Assembly: GCF_009834535.1 (NCBI RefSeq)
Contig: NC_045697.1
Span: forward strand, 77,378,001 to 77,442,000
Direction of reading: 5' to 3'
Origin: Camelus ferus
Taxonomy: Eukaryota
Length of the DNA: 64,000 bases
Shown here: one piece after another, positions 37,865 through 51,006 of the stretch
How positions within the stretch are numbered: the stretch's first letter is position 1
Layout of the letters: every line of letters starts with the position of its first letter
Translations under genes and position numbers: made by a program
Notes under the pieces: model-generated
Seen by the model: only the letters and a program-made list of their open reading frames with translations
Databases searched by the model: none
Told to the model about the DNA's origin: nothing

Positions 37865-40019
37865 GTTCAGATTCTTTTAAAACTAACATGAAAATATTTT
37901 CAGTATAACATTAAATTTAGAAAGTAGAATATATAATTGTGCATAAAGCATGATCATAAATATTGTAACATTTTCAAAGAAAAACACTAAAAAGTTACAT
38001 TTACTGGTTAACTATTCTCTGACATCTTACTGCTTTTCTATATTTTCAGGATGTTCTGCAATGAGCATGCATTACTTTTATAATCATGATAACAAATCAC
38101 AAAAGATATTTTGAAATATGTCCAGCCATGTGTGGCAGCTGACCTTAGCAAAGCCATGACTGCTATGTAACAAAGTGGGGAAAGAAGTGCTACCCTCTCA
38201 AAAGAAGACTAGTTCATGTTTATGAATCACACACAAAAAATTCAGTTTTCTCATCTGGAAAATGGAGATGATGGGACTTACTCCATCTTGCTAACAGGAG
38301 TGCAATGAGAATGTTAAGTTTATGTGATGGCTCTTTAGATTATGAGGTAGACAATGTCTGGGGCTATGATTTTAGTGCAACAATAATCCATAGCAGCTAT
38401 GACTGAGATGCAAGTGTCTTATAAAGAAAGACTTCTCTAGTTTGATTGTTTTGATATTTTAACTACATTTGAATCTTCCAATTTCATCATTAAAATATGG
38501 TGATGAGAACTGGCTCTAGATTTGGTAGAAGTCAGTGTCTAACTGTAGCAATCATATCTTTCCAGGTGCCCTGTAGAATTTACCTCTGTACTACAATAGT
38601 GGGACACATTTCATTTTCATTTCATTTTTATTGCCTTATGTTTATTGTTGCTAACAGGTTCTATTTGAAATAGTAACAGTAATAGCTAATATTGATGGGA
38701 TGCTTACTCAGGGCTAAGCCTAGTTCTTTTATTTTATGGATATAAGTTATTCTAGACTCACATTAACTCCATGGTAAGTACCATTTAATCCCCATTTTAT
38801 AGATGAAGAAGTGAGGCCCAAGTTAAAACACTTGCCCAAATTCACTTACCACACACATAGTGATGAAGCTGGGGTTTGGTTGCCTTTTGAGTCTAGACCC
38901 CATGTTCTTCCCCACTCCTTCCCCACTCTAATACAAATGTAAAACTACCAGATTTATTTTCCTCATATATGTATTATTTTACTGATCTCTTTAAATCACA
39001 TTATTTATTTAATAAAAAAGAATTTAGGGAGATGCTTTTCAGTTACTCCTCCTTTCTTCTGCATGAATAGAAATATCAACTTAATAAAATTGTCCTTTAA
39101 TGTATCCATAAAACATAAACTAGTGTCCTGCAAGTAAACATTTAAATTAACATGAAACTACATTATTGATTTGTAATACAGGTAAATTTCCATGGCCTCT
39201 TTCTCAAGAATAAGAAAATATTTACATAGGCAGACTCCATTAAGGCCCAACACTGTTTATCTTGGAGGAAAAAACCTGCAGTGGGAGAGAGTATAAAATA
39301 CTTTTTTGAGTGCTTTTTACTGGTACCCACATTTGTTCAATTGTAATGGGCTCTTCTATTCAGAACGGAATTTGCCAGAAGGGCAGTGGTGGCCATGAAT
39401 ATTACTGTAGAATTTTATAAAATGGCATTAATGTAGTTCGGCAAACACTCCTCAGTCACTGTGATGTGCCCACTCTTTTCTAGACGTAGAGGAGACAAAT
39501 CCACACAGTTAAGGCTTACTCCTTGCCAGCCACTCTTCTGAGGACTGCCTAGCAGTATCTCAGCCTTTAGGACAAACCATGAGGTGGGTCTGTAACTGTC
39601 ATCACTTTCTCTCTTTTTTTGATCTTCTTAACCCCTTTCATAAATTATCAGCTTGTTGTTTAGATATATCAGAACCACTGTAAGCACATGCTTCAGGAGG
39701 AACTATATGAAGCCACTGTGCTAGATCTATAAATATGCCCAATCCAAGCATGCATTGTTTTCAGATTTCAAATTTTGTGACCATCATTTCTCTTCCCACC
39801 TTCTAACTCCCACAGATTTTGGTTGTCAGTCCCAATCCCATCATCTTTTATTGCTCTAGAACCTTTGGATCCATTTTGCCCTACGCAAGCCTCTCGTAGC
39901 TTCATGTATTACTCCACTTGACACTGGTGTCATCACCTTCTTTATCCAGCTGGTTAAGAGGCAGAGTCAAGCTTCAAATTCACAGCTCATCTCCAAAGAC
40001 ATCACTTTCATTTTTTAAA

Positions 40020-41180
40020 CTTTTTTAAAATTTGGGTATTGAGGTATGATGCAGTAGATCTTTAGTGTACAATTTGGCAAATGATGATAAACATGTATCT
40101 GCACAAAACCACACCCTCATCAAGATACGAATATTTTCATAATGCCAGAAATTTCCCCTGTGCCCTTTCTCAGTCCATCTCCCCCCAGCCCAGGGAACTA
40201 CTCTTTTTGCTTTTATTACCATAGGTTAATTTTCCTACCCTAGATTTTTCATGTAAATGCAATCATTTAAGAAGCACTCTTGTGCCTGGCTTCTTTCACT
40301 CGGCTATATGTTCATCCATGTTGTTGGATGTACTGGTAGTCTCTTACTGCTGAGTCATACTCATTTGCATGAATGTACCAATTGTTCATCTTTTCTCCTG
40401 TTGTTGGACACCTGGGCTGTTTCCAGTTTTTAGCATTATTAATTAAGCTGCTTATTAACATTCTTGTGCAAAGCTTTATGTAGCATGTTTTCATTTCTCT
40501 TGGATAAATTCCTAGGATTGAAATTGCTAGGTCATAGGATGGCTATATTTATGTAACTTTTTAAGAAACTGCCAGTTTTCCAAAGAGTTTGTACTGTTTT
40601 ACACTCTTACTGGCATAATCTACCTGCTCTGTATCCTCACCAACACTTGAGGTAGTCAGTCTTTCTCATTTCAGTCATTCTTTGTTGTGGATATGTCAGG
40701 GAGTGGTATCACATTGTTGTTTTAGTTTGAATTTCCCTGACAAGTAATGGAATTGACCATTTACATTTGCTTATTGACCATTGGTATATTTCTGTATAAT
40801 TTTTAAGGTTGTTTGTCTTTCTATTATTGAATACAAGTCTTTTACCAGTTACATGCATTATGAATATTTTCTCAAGTCTGTGACTTTTCTATTCATTTTC
40901 TTTGTGGTGCCTTTAGTAAGAAAGTTTAAAATTTTGATGACATCTGATTTATCATTTTTTTTTTTTTTTGGTTAGTGAGTTCTGTGTCCCATCTAAGAAA
41001 TACTTGCCTACATGCAGATCACAAAGATATTCTTTCTTTATCATTTTAACTTTTGTATTAATTTTTAGCTTTTATGCTTATGATTATGACCCATCTTAAA
41101 ATAGTTTTCGAGTGTAATGTGAGGTAGGAATTGAAGTTTATTTGTTCCCAAACAGATGTCCAATTGCTCTGGCACCCCCT
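40020..41180 (-). mobile_element. Ancient L1 (L1MB/L1MC-like) 3' fragment
   Basis: ORF 40312..40494 contains the degenerate ORF2 tail AKNWKQPRCP, followed by L1 3' UTR motifs. Confidence 0.75.
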
Positions 41181-42185
41181 TGAATTGTTAAATGCAGCTG
41201 CCTCCACAGAGCTGACTGAGGCATGGTCGTTGCCTTTTAAGAGCTGAGTCTGCAGATTAGCTTTTGGACTAGAACTTATTGCTGATGTTTCATAAAGCAT
41301 AGCACGTTTAATCCAACTACTGTGATGCATGAAAAACTATCCTTTTAGAAAAGGAGTAAGGCAAAGTTCATTTGCCCCTATCCAGGAATACTTATATAAA
41401 ATAAATTAATTAATGCAAATTGCCAACTGTGGTTGATGCATTGACTTGAAGGAATGCAGTACAAGTAATAGTTTAACTTTAGAGAGTTCTTGTACCTTTG
41501 TCCCCAGAAGAAAAAACATTTGAAGGTGACCTGCCCTCAGACCAGTATTATTATTCAGGTTTTAAATGTTATACTCTTGACCTTAGATGTTTCATAGCTC
41601 AAACAAATACTTTATTTTTGAAGGATTTAAAAATATTTACTCCAGGTTTACATGATTTTTAGATATAACCAGTTAGATTAACTTTTTAAAAGAATTTTGT
41701 GTCACCATTAATACATTTTTATAACAGTTTCAAAGCATAAATGAAACTGTTGATGTTATAGCTCTTGGATGTCTCCCTATGCGGACATTTATGCTCCAAA
41801 TATCGCTGCTTTAACATTTGTTGTTTGGAGACAACAGCACTTATAGCTGCCACCCATGGCTCTAGATGTTTTTAGGTGACAAAGAGATGGGTTCTTGTGG
41901 AAGAAGTGTGAGACCAGGAGCCTTGAACACCTGGGACTTAGTCAGGACTTTAAGCTATCTACTAACTCAAGGCAGTAATTTCTTTGTGCATTAATATCTT
42001 CTACTGTGAAATTAGAAGAATCATACTATCTTCCTGAGGTCCATATAAGACATATACACGGTTGTTGAGAATGGGAGCTTTAAGATCAAGATATCAAGGT
42101 TTAAATCCTAACTGTATCCGATTGTGTGACCTTGGGCAGATCCCTTAACCTACCTGAGCATTTTCTCATTCTTAAAATAATGATT

Positions 42186-42478
42186 TGTGAGCAGAGGCAG
42201 ATACTGACTGCCTTTTGTTCTGAACTATCAAGCATGTTTGAGTAGAGAGCCACTTTGGAAGGTAGGGATATGTCTCCCTCCAGAACAAAGGATAAAAATG
42301 CTTACTACCCAGTATAATAAAAATTATGTCTCCTTCCAGAACTGCAAATCATAAACTGTTCCTCATCTTTGACTAGGAGTCTTGTGTCTTCTGCCAACAC
42401 CCATAAAACTATGGCAAACTGGAATGAGCCTGTCACCTTAAAGCAGGGTAAAACATAGATCTTTTACAATTCTTGATG
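42186..42478. mobile_element. LTR-like fragment interrupting a MIR
   Basis: A non-MIR block with an internal repeat (TATGTCTCCYTCCAGAAC twice) and AATAAA lies between MIR halves. Confidence 0.4.
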
Positions 42479-43999
42479 AGTGCAGTATTTGCCACATAGG
42501 AAGCAATCAATAACTGTCAACTTGTGTTGTTACTATTTTATAAAGAAAAAATCTGGAATCCCAGGTCAAAGTGTTTTAAAAGTATGAAGTATCCTACATA
42601 TATTAATTATTATATGACAGAATGAATTTGATGTTTGTTGTTAGGCTGAGTAGAATTTAAATCAGTATTGGAGAAGTGATCGTAGATTCACAGGGCTAAA
42701 TGTAAGAGGAGGAAGGTCAAGGTAATTTACCCATGAAAGAAAAGAAATTTCCAGTGTAGAAGATAATGAAAAACAGCAAACTGTACCAACATTGGCAGAG
42801 AACCATGAATCAGTCACAAAGTGCTATTACAATAAAAGTAGGCATAAATAGAAATCTAGAATTTATGAATGAACAGCTAAATCTTTCACCATGGTTGGAT
42901 TTTTTTTGACTTTCAGTTTTGTCTTTTCTCTTTAAGAATCAATATATAATTCACTCCACAACCACAAATCTTTTTGAAATAAACCCTTTCCAACCTTGGA
43001 CTTTATGTAAGGCTGCTGGGACATCATCCTTAATATCCTTTGAGAGACTTTTGTCTGACTGAAGGCTCTGAAGCACCATCATTGATCCTTCTGAGATCTG
43101 AGCACCTAACTTCACAGAACCACCTACCCTGGATTTGATTTTTGCTCTGAAGCCCTTTCTTAAATTGAGAATTTTGGAGAGGTTGGGTATAAGAAACAGT
43201 TTAATTATAGAATCCAGTGAGTTTTAGCTCCTTTACATTTAACAGTCCTTCCTTTACCTGTTGTTTCTTCTTTACATTTTACTATGAGCAGCAAAAGGCA
43301 CCAGGCAGCAGTTTCAACACTGTGCAGATATCCTTAGCTAGAACATTCATTTTGTTGAGTACATATTCTACTGTCTGTGTTAGCCACAGGTGACAGTGTT
43401 GCTGAACTGTCTACCACTCTATAACAAGGCTCCTCTTACCTCTAGTTTCTCATAACATTTTCCCCACTTTTCTTTAAGCTTTTGCTGCCAGCCTCTTTGA
43501 AGGCCACAACACTTTGGCTGGCAGTTCTGAAAGCTGAGGCAGACCCTGAAGGGACTTGTAATTGGAGGCCGTCAGCTAGCTGTATTCCCTGCTGCTGATT
43601 CTCTCTGAAGGGGAATTTGAGCCATGCACCTCCATGGCCACCTCCTATGACATTCATGCCAAGCCATGTTCTAGCCTCTACCAGTCTTTCCAGTCTTATC
43701 TCCTGACATTGTCTGCATCTCACTCTATCCTTTTGCAACATAGAACTTGTACTACCTCAGTATACTTTAAAATCACACAAAATCATAATATATTGCAGGC
43801 TGAGTTAGGTGCCTCTCAGTACCCTGTAATCCTTGTAATAATATAAATGCTTTCATGATACCCTAGAAACCTCTCTATCATTGTATTTATGACATTCTAA
43901 GGTACTTGGATTCTCAGAGTCAAATTTTGACTCTGACACTGATTAGCTACATGATCTTGGTCAGATTATTTGGTTTCTCTTGTGTCTTAGCTTCATCTC

Positions 44000-44869
44000 T
44001 TTTTTTTTTTTAAATTGAAGTATAGTCAGTTTCAATGTGTCAATTTCTGGTGTACAGCATAATGTCCCAGTCATACATATACATACATATATTTCTTTTC
44101 ATATTCCTTTTCATTCAAGGTTATTACAAGATATTGAATAGAGTTCCCTGTGCCATACAGAAGAAATTTGTTTTTATTATTTTTATACATAGAATTTAAT
44201 ATTTGCAAATCTTACACTCCCAAATATATCCCTTCCCACCCCTTTTCCCCTGGTAACCATAAGATTGTTTACTATGTCTGCGAGTCTGTTTCTGTTTTAT
44301 AGGTGAGTTCATTAGTATCTTCTTTTTTCTTTTTTAAGATTCCACATATGAGTGATGTCATATGGTATTTTTTTTTATCTCTTTCTGGCTTATTTCACTT
44401 AGAATGATGATCTCCAGGTCCATCCATGTTGCTATAAATGGCATTATTTTATTATTTTTTATGGCTGAATAGTATTCCATTGTATAAATATACCACATCT
44501 TCTTTATCCATTCATCTCTTGATGGACATTTAGGTTGTTTCCTTGTCTTGGCTATTGTATATAGTGCTGCTATGAACATTGGGGTGCATATATTTTTTGG
44601 AATTAGAGTTCCCTCCAGATATATGCCCAGGAGTGGGATTGCTGGATCATATGGTAAGTCTATTTTTAGTTTTTTGAGGAATCTCCATACTGTTTTCCAT
44701 AATGGCTGCACCAAACTACATTCCCACCAAAGGTAGGAGGGTTCCCTTTTCTCCGCATCCACTCCAGCATTTATCGTTTGTAGACATTTTAATGATGGCC
44801 ATTCTGATTGGTGTGAGGTGATACCTCATTGTAGTTTGATTAGCATTTCTCTGATAATTAGTGATATTG
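44000..44869 (-). mobile_element. 5'-truncated L1 inserted into a MIR
   Basis: ORF 44358..44762 is the L1 ORF2 C-terminus. TTAGCTTC...ATCT repeats flank it, with MIR halves at 43910-43995 and 44870-45000. Confidence 0.9.
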
Positions 44870-45205
44870 TTAGCTTCTTCATCTTTAAAATGGGGAAATA
44901 ATATTCACCTCCTCATAGGATTGTTGAGATTAAATGAGGTAATACAGGTAAGTGCTTAGAACAGAGCCTAGGACAGAGTAAATGCTCATTGTTAGCTACG
45001 ATCATTAATGATCTGAACTGACAGGTTACATTCATTTATGTGGCTGGAGTGCAGGGCAAAACTGACAGAGAGATGACTCTCTTTGATCCCTCAAAACATT
45101 TATGTTTTTAGGGACACAGTGCAGAAATGCTATCCCACAAGGCTGCGATGTAAATGTAAGTTATCAGGAGAACATTTATCAACCTTTTCCTCCCTTTTGG
45201 TTTAG

Positions 45206-45511
45206 GTCTGCAGGACAACCCATGGCTCTGTGACTGTCACATTTCCAAAATAATGGCATTGTCAAAAGTTGCTGACCCTGCAGTAGTACTTCTTGATCCA
45301 CTGATGATTTGCAGTGAACCCGAACGCCTCGCAGGGATTTTGTTCCAGCGGGCTGAGTTGGAGCAGTGTCTAAAGCCATCAGTGATGACCTCGGCCACCC
45401 AGATCACATCTGCTCTGGGCAGTAATGTTCTGCTGCGGTGTGATGCCACTGGCTACCCCACCCCACAGCTCACGTGGAGCAGACCAGAAAGCTCGCCAGT
45501 TAATTATACAG
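45206..45511 (+). CDS. LRIT3: LRIT3 exon 3 (LRRCT and Ig start)
   Basis: Encodes GLQDNPWLCDCHISK...NVLLRCDATGYPTPQLTWSRPESSPVNYT (306 nt). The donor is CAG|GTATCC. Confidence 0.96.
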
Positions 45512-45626
45512 GTATCCTCTTAATTCACGCTTTTGAAACAAGGAGTTTACAAATGACTGAACTTAATCTCAAGTTTTTGTAAGATTTGAAATTGGCTGGT
45601 TGTTTCTACTAAAATATGCCGAGAAT

Positions 45627-45790
45627 GGGATGAGGGTATAGGTCAATGGTAGAGTACGTGCTTAGTATGAACAAGGTCATGGGTTCAATCCCCAGTATTT
45701 CCATTTAAAAAAAATTAAAGTAAATAAATACATAAATAAACTTAACTATCTCCCCCCCAAAACAAACAAAATTAATGAAAATTGAATTCC
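45627..45790 (+). mobile_element. tRNA-Ala-derived SINE (vic-1-like)
   Basis: Head GGGTATAGGTCAATGGTAGAG...GGGTTCAATCCCCAGT. The TSD is TAAAATATGCCGAGAAT 45610-45626 / TAAGATATGCCAAGATT 45791-45807. Confidence 0.85.
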
Positions 45791-47100
45791 TAAGATATGC
45801 CAAGATTGTTGGATGAAGGAAATTTGAAAGGAACACTTTATTGGTTAATATTTTCCTCAGTTTACTTAATTACCTCCATAGATGAGTTTAGACAATCTGA
45901 TTTTTTCTTAAATGGAGAACAACATGATGCTATGGATGGATGGTTGCAGATAAGACCTTTGTCTTTATCTTTGCTCCATCATCTTGGATACTGCTCATTT
46001 TAAAATGTATAACCATGATGATTTCTTTAAGGGAATTTCATACAAATTTCTTATTTTTGAATGATTATTTAAATAATAAATTACATAGAAACCTTATTAT
46101 GAGGCAAAAGTATAATTTTTAGAAATGTTGATTACCTAGACTTTTTAGATCCTACTGTGACCAAATCAGTGCTTTGGCCTTAGTTTCAACAGTGGTAGTC
46201 TGATGATTAAAGGAATATAGTTTAAAACTCTTCCAAATTAAATTTAAATTGAGGTTGAAATAATGAAATCTGATTGAGTTAAAAAAAAAAAGTCAAGGCC
46301 TAATATTGTTACAAATAGATAGAGTGAATAGCCCACAGTTTACGGTACTGAGTTAAATTCTGGCTACTGAGATATCACTCGGTATGTTATTATTTTTCAG
46401 AAAGCTTCAGAAATCAAGACAGAATGGAAATATGTTCAGATTTTAGTGTTTAGGAAAGTAAAATCCCAATTTTGCAAAAACTGTATATTATTATACAAAT
46501 TTAAAAACCCCATGGTTTACTAGTTTATCTAAATTAAATATGCAGTGGAAAATTACTAAGAATACAAATTATGACTCCTCCATGCCAGAAAATGATCTGC
46601 TGTACTTTCTGACTGTGTGGATAAATGGCATTCTACCACGATGAAAAAATATTTTGAGACATATTTAAGTAAAGTCTTGTGATAAACATCTGCAGAATCA
46701 CAGTGAGCTAGAATTGGAAGAGATCTCTGATCTTTGTCTTATCCTCTTATTTAAAAAATGTAGAAACAGAGGCCTAAGGACACTAATCGACTTATCTAGA
46801 ATCACATACTACTTAGTGAACAAAAGTTTACCAAGGCAGAAGTTCCTTAATTCTCAGCCTGTGTCTTTTTAAAATACCACTTCCCATACAGACTTCATGG
46901 CACCCAGCATGTCCTAGACTTTCACATAAACAATTTACAGAACCATCGCCTGCTATCAGAGACTTACAGTGGGTCATTTCCCTCTTGGCTTTTGTGAGAA
47001 GTACGCATATAGAACCAAATATTGCTTCCTTTTCAGTCAGCATGTTGCTTGAGTCTTTTCTTTCTTTCTTCTCATAGAGTGTGCTTTTTTTTTTTTCCAG

Positions 47101-48224
47101 TAATTCAGGAATCTCCAGGGGAGGGAGTCAGATGGTCCATAATAAGCTTGACAGGCATTTCTTACATGGATGCTGGGGATTACAAATGTAAGGCCAAAAA
47201 TTTGGCTGGGATGTCAGAAGCTGTGGTTACTGTGACAGTGGTTGGTGTCGTCACAACGGCTATATCATCAGACAGTTCTGAAAGAAGAACTGAGGATCAC
47301 CTGGAGCAAGAGGTCCAGCCAGGATCTAGAAGATCTACATCTCTGCCTGATTCATCATCCTCTCCGTGGCCTTACTCCTCCTCTCCTTCCTCCCCGGCTT
47401 CTTCTACTTTTCTTCCTACTTCTAGTTCGTCTCTTCCCTCCACCGCTTCTTTCTCCTTATCTCCTTTCTTCTCCTCCCCTGTTTCTTCAACCACAACTCT
47501 AAGAACTAGAATTTCCACAAGCACCACCATGGCCAGGTGGCAGTCATTCCGCCCAAATGGAAAAAGAAATTTAAAGGTGGAGATAGGTGGCGGTAAGCTT
47601 CCCCTAGCTAGTGCAAGTAAAAGAGAAGAGTCGGCATTGCTGGATCGAGCCCTGCCTATGGAGACGAATGCCACAATAGAAAACCTCCAGGTGGTCAGTG
47701 AGACCAAAGAGAGTGTGATTTTGACGTGGAACACCATTAACACCACACAGAACTCAGAAGTGACCGTGTTGTATTCCAAGTATGGTGAGAAGGACCTGCT
47801 GCTGCTTAATGCAGACTCCAGCAAGAACCAGGTCACCATAAATGGCTTGTTGCCTGGTCGGCAATATATAGCATGTGTCTGTCCAAAAGGAATGCCTCCC
47901 CAGAAAGACCAGTGTATCACCTTTTCTACTGACAGAGTTGAAGAAGAAGGTGATTCTCAAGGGTTTTTCCTTATGGTGGTGAGTGGTGCTGCCTGTGTCA
48001 TTATCTTGCCATTGATTTTTTTCTTGTTGTACAAAGTTTGCAAATTGCAGTGTGCATCAGAATCCTTCTGGGAAGATGATTTGGCAAAAGAGACTTACAT
48101 CCAATTTGAGACTCTGTCCCCCAGGTCTCAAAGTGTAGGGGAATTTTGGACGCGAAGGCACAGAGACAATTCAGAAAAATTGCTGCTTTGTTCTAGGTCA
48201 AGTGTGGAATCTCGGGACTTTTAA
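47101..48224 (+). CDS. LRIT3: LRIT3 exon 4 (Ig end, Ser-rich linker, FN3, transmembrane segment, cytoplasmic tail)
   Basis: Acceptor (T)nCCAG at 47100. Encodes VIQESPGEGVRWSII...DAGDYKCKAKNLAG...LMVVSGAACVIILPLIFFLLYKVC...SRSSVESRDF*. Confidence 0.95.
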
Positions 48225-49186
48225 AAGTGAGGGTTCTGGACCAGAGTCTTACTGCTAAAGTCTTACAGCTCAGGCCCATGTGAGCTCCACAACATTTCTT
48301 CCACAAAATTAAGGATCTAAAGGTATAGTTGACCCTCTGTTTGGATGACCTTTGGACACTTTCATATCCTTCATGAAAATCACAAATGGAGTGTTTTTAA
48401 GCGTGTTTTTTAAAAAAAAGTCATGAAAGTTCTGAACTGGAAAAACAAATAATCTTGATTTTTGTTGTGTAGAATATGTTCAGAGAAATAATTCTTAGGG
48501 TAGTGCTAAATTAATAATACAATTTAAGATAATGTTTTAGTTCTGAAAAATTAATTCATGTGAAAAAGTGGACTCTGAATTTTAAAGATAGTTTTGGAGA
48601 CAGTGAAGAAAGATGAGGATAACCAGCCAAGCCTTGACGTTCATTCCTGTTCAAAGTGCTTTTTGGCATTTGCTGTGCACACTTGCTGCACTTCCTAGCA
48701 GGTGGAAGTGGGATCATACAGACTTTTGCTCTCACTAAGGTTAAATGCAGCCCCTGGACAGGGAGGGCTCCGCTCTTGGTACCTGATGCATTACAATACT
48801 GTGTAGTGGTATTCATACTGCAAGTAAGAAAAAAATTTCCCTTGTTCTTGGAAATACAGGTATTAGCAAAAATAAGTTTAAAAAGAGAATCATGATGGTG
48901 AGACCACTTTGAAAGAACAATAACTGTTACATTCCTATCTATCTGCTGACAGACTGAATGAGTCTTTTAAAAAATGTGCTCATTTAAAAGTAATCTTTAA
49001 TATTTTGATATTTATTCTTCTTTCCTCCTTCCCTCTTTTCTTCTGTCCCTCTCCCTTACTTCCATCACTTCTTTCTTTACAGAAGATATTCAAGTAGCCA
49101 AAGGGTCACAGCTAAACTGTTTGTCTTTTGCCATGTTATGTTTTGTTATACCTGGATCAAGGGAAGAACTTTGAAAGTCTTTTTTA

Positions 49187-49365
49187 TTTTTATTTTATTT
49201 TTTGTGACCTGCTCTTTTTTTTTTTTTTAACTTCTTTCTTTTTTCTTTTTTTTTTTTTGGAAGGTGGGGGTGACTAGACTTTTTTTAATGGAGGTACTGG
49301 GGATTGAACCCAGGACCTTGTGCATGTTAGGCATGCACTCTACCACTGAGCTATATACCCTTCCC
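49187..49365 (-). mobile_element. tRNA-Ala-derived SINE (vic-1-like)
   Basis: TGGAGGTACTGGGGATTGAACCCAGGACC...CTCTACCACTGAGCTATA, with AAAGTCTTTTTTA on both flanks. Confidence 0.85.
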
Positions 49366-50959
49366 TTCAAAAGTCTTTTTTAGATCTAAAAAGGATGTTT
49401 TAGGATTTTGAAAGAGCAGATTCAGTGGATTTCTTTAGTCAAGCTCTAGGTTGAAAACATGAGGGAAATTGAATTGGATTGGGTCATATGATTATCTAGG
49501 AAAGTGGCTTCATAAATAACATTTAGAGTTTTTTTGAAGAAGTTTTTCACCATATTTGCTAAAGATTATATTCCCTTTCCATTGAAGATTTCGGAATATA
49601 GAACAAATTTATAAAGGTATGTCAGGAGTCCTGAAATATGCTGAGAAATAAGTTCTAAGAAAATACTGTATTTTGTGTAAGAAACAAATTGGTTTTAATG
49701 TAACACATTGTGGAAATTATAATACAAGCAGCCTGAGAATGAAAAACTGCTCATTCCAAATGGCTTTTAATTAAAAAGAAAAAGAGAATTCTAGCTTAGC
49801 CACAATCTGTGTATTTAGAGAAGACCAGCGTGGCTGGATGGCCTGCGCAGAACTCCAAAATCTCCCTTGCTTGTGTTCTTTGCTTTCCTTTCCAGCCTCT
49901 CTGTCCTTGGTGCTTTCTTCACTATGTGCATTGTCCAGTGATCTGACGGTTTTAAGTACAGTATTCATTGTTAGAATTTTTGAGAAAAATACCTTTTGCA
50001 GGCAGTTTTGTGTTAAGCTTCAATTTATGTTAGATCATTTATTTTAAATTGAAAGATTGCAAAAATGTACATTTCTCTATTCTAAAGACATCATGGAATT
50101 TCACTGCCATGTTTAAAAGGCTCATATAAACAGACTGCCAAAATAGGACCACATTAGAAATAATTGTGGGAGAATGTTACAGACTACTGAGCCAAAAGAT
50201 GCCCAGATTGTACAAAGGCAAGTTATTGGTCAAGAAAGGAGACTCACACCATCCTGATGAGATAAATTACTGACTGCTCTCAGAATCAAAATCAAGTGAA
50301 GCCTGGACTTAATTTTGCCCAAGGAGGAAAAGCTAATTGTTGGTGTGGAGAAATGCTAACAGCAGAAGAAAGTACCTCGGTCACCCTCAGCTTAGACTTG
50401 GCAGATGAGGTGAGTTGCAAGTAATTTGTTACACAGAGTAGAAGAAATTAAATTGTAAATCATGTACTTCTAAAAAATTGGAGCGTGGTCAGGGTTATCT
50501 TGATGATATCATTGCTTTTATGTTCTTACCAGTATGCTTCCTTGAGTGGGAGAGAAAGACTTGACATTATAGCAAACAGCATGGAATTCCACAGAAGCCA
50601 CAGCCCATTTATTGACATCACTGTATGCACTGTGATGAGCAGTCATAAATGATATGTAGCAATAGATGTGGTAAGTAAATATGATTACGTTATTTTACTT
50701 TCAGACAAAATATATTTAAGGTTTGTAAAACTTGGGATATGTGGCGAGGGTGTGTCACATGTGAGGCTGTTATCAGTGATGTGCTATGACATAAAAAATG
50801 TTGAGAACTCCAGGCTAATAGTTTATAATGGTCAGAAAGGCAAACCCTGAATAGAGCTAGACAGGTGCCTGGGGAAACTTTTACAAAAAGTTCAAAGAAC
50901 AAAATTTTGACCCAGGGACTTGAGTCTCAAAAAGGGATTATGGCTAACAAAGGGAGATT

Positions 50960-50962
<3 letters not shown>

Positions 50963-50998
<36 letters not shown>

Positions 50999-51006
50999 AC
51001 ACACAT
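50963..51006. repeat. (CA)n microsatellite
   Basis: Seen directly in the sequence. Confidence 0.95.

Larger units (their letters stand above)
29271..48258 (+). pseudogene. LRIT3: LRIT3 locus with two frameshifts (candidate unitary pseudogene or assembly error)
   Basis: All 4 exons and canonical splice sites are present. Exon 1 is 117 nt (116 are needed) with an in-frame TGA at 29370-29372. Exon 4 stops at 48224, while the ancestral tail TFKSEGSGPESYC* continues in another frame to 48258. Gene identity is secure; pseudogene status is not. Confidence 0.6.

Noticed and set aside
47242..47960. Alternate-frame and antisense ORFs, including the 182-aa 47372..47920
   Set aside because: They are shadows of the LRIT3 Ser-rich and FN3 coding sequence.
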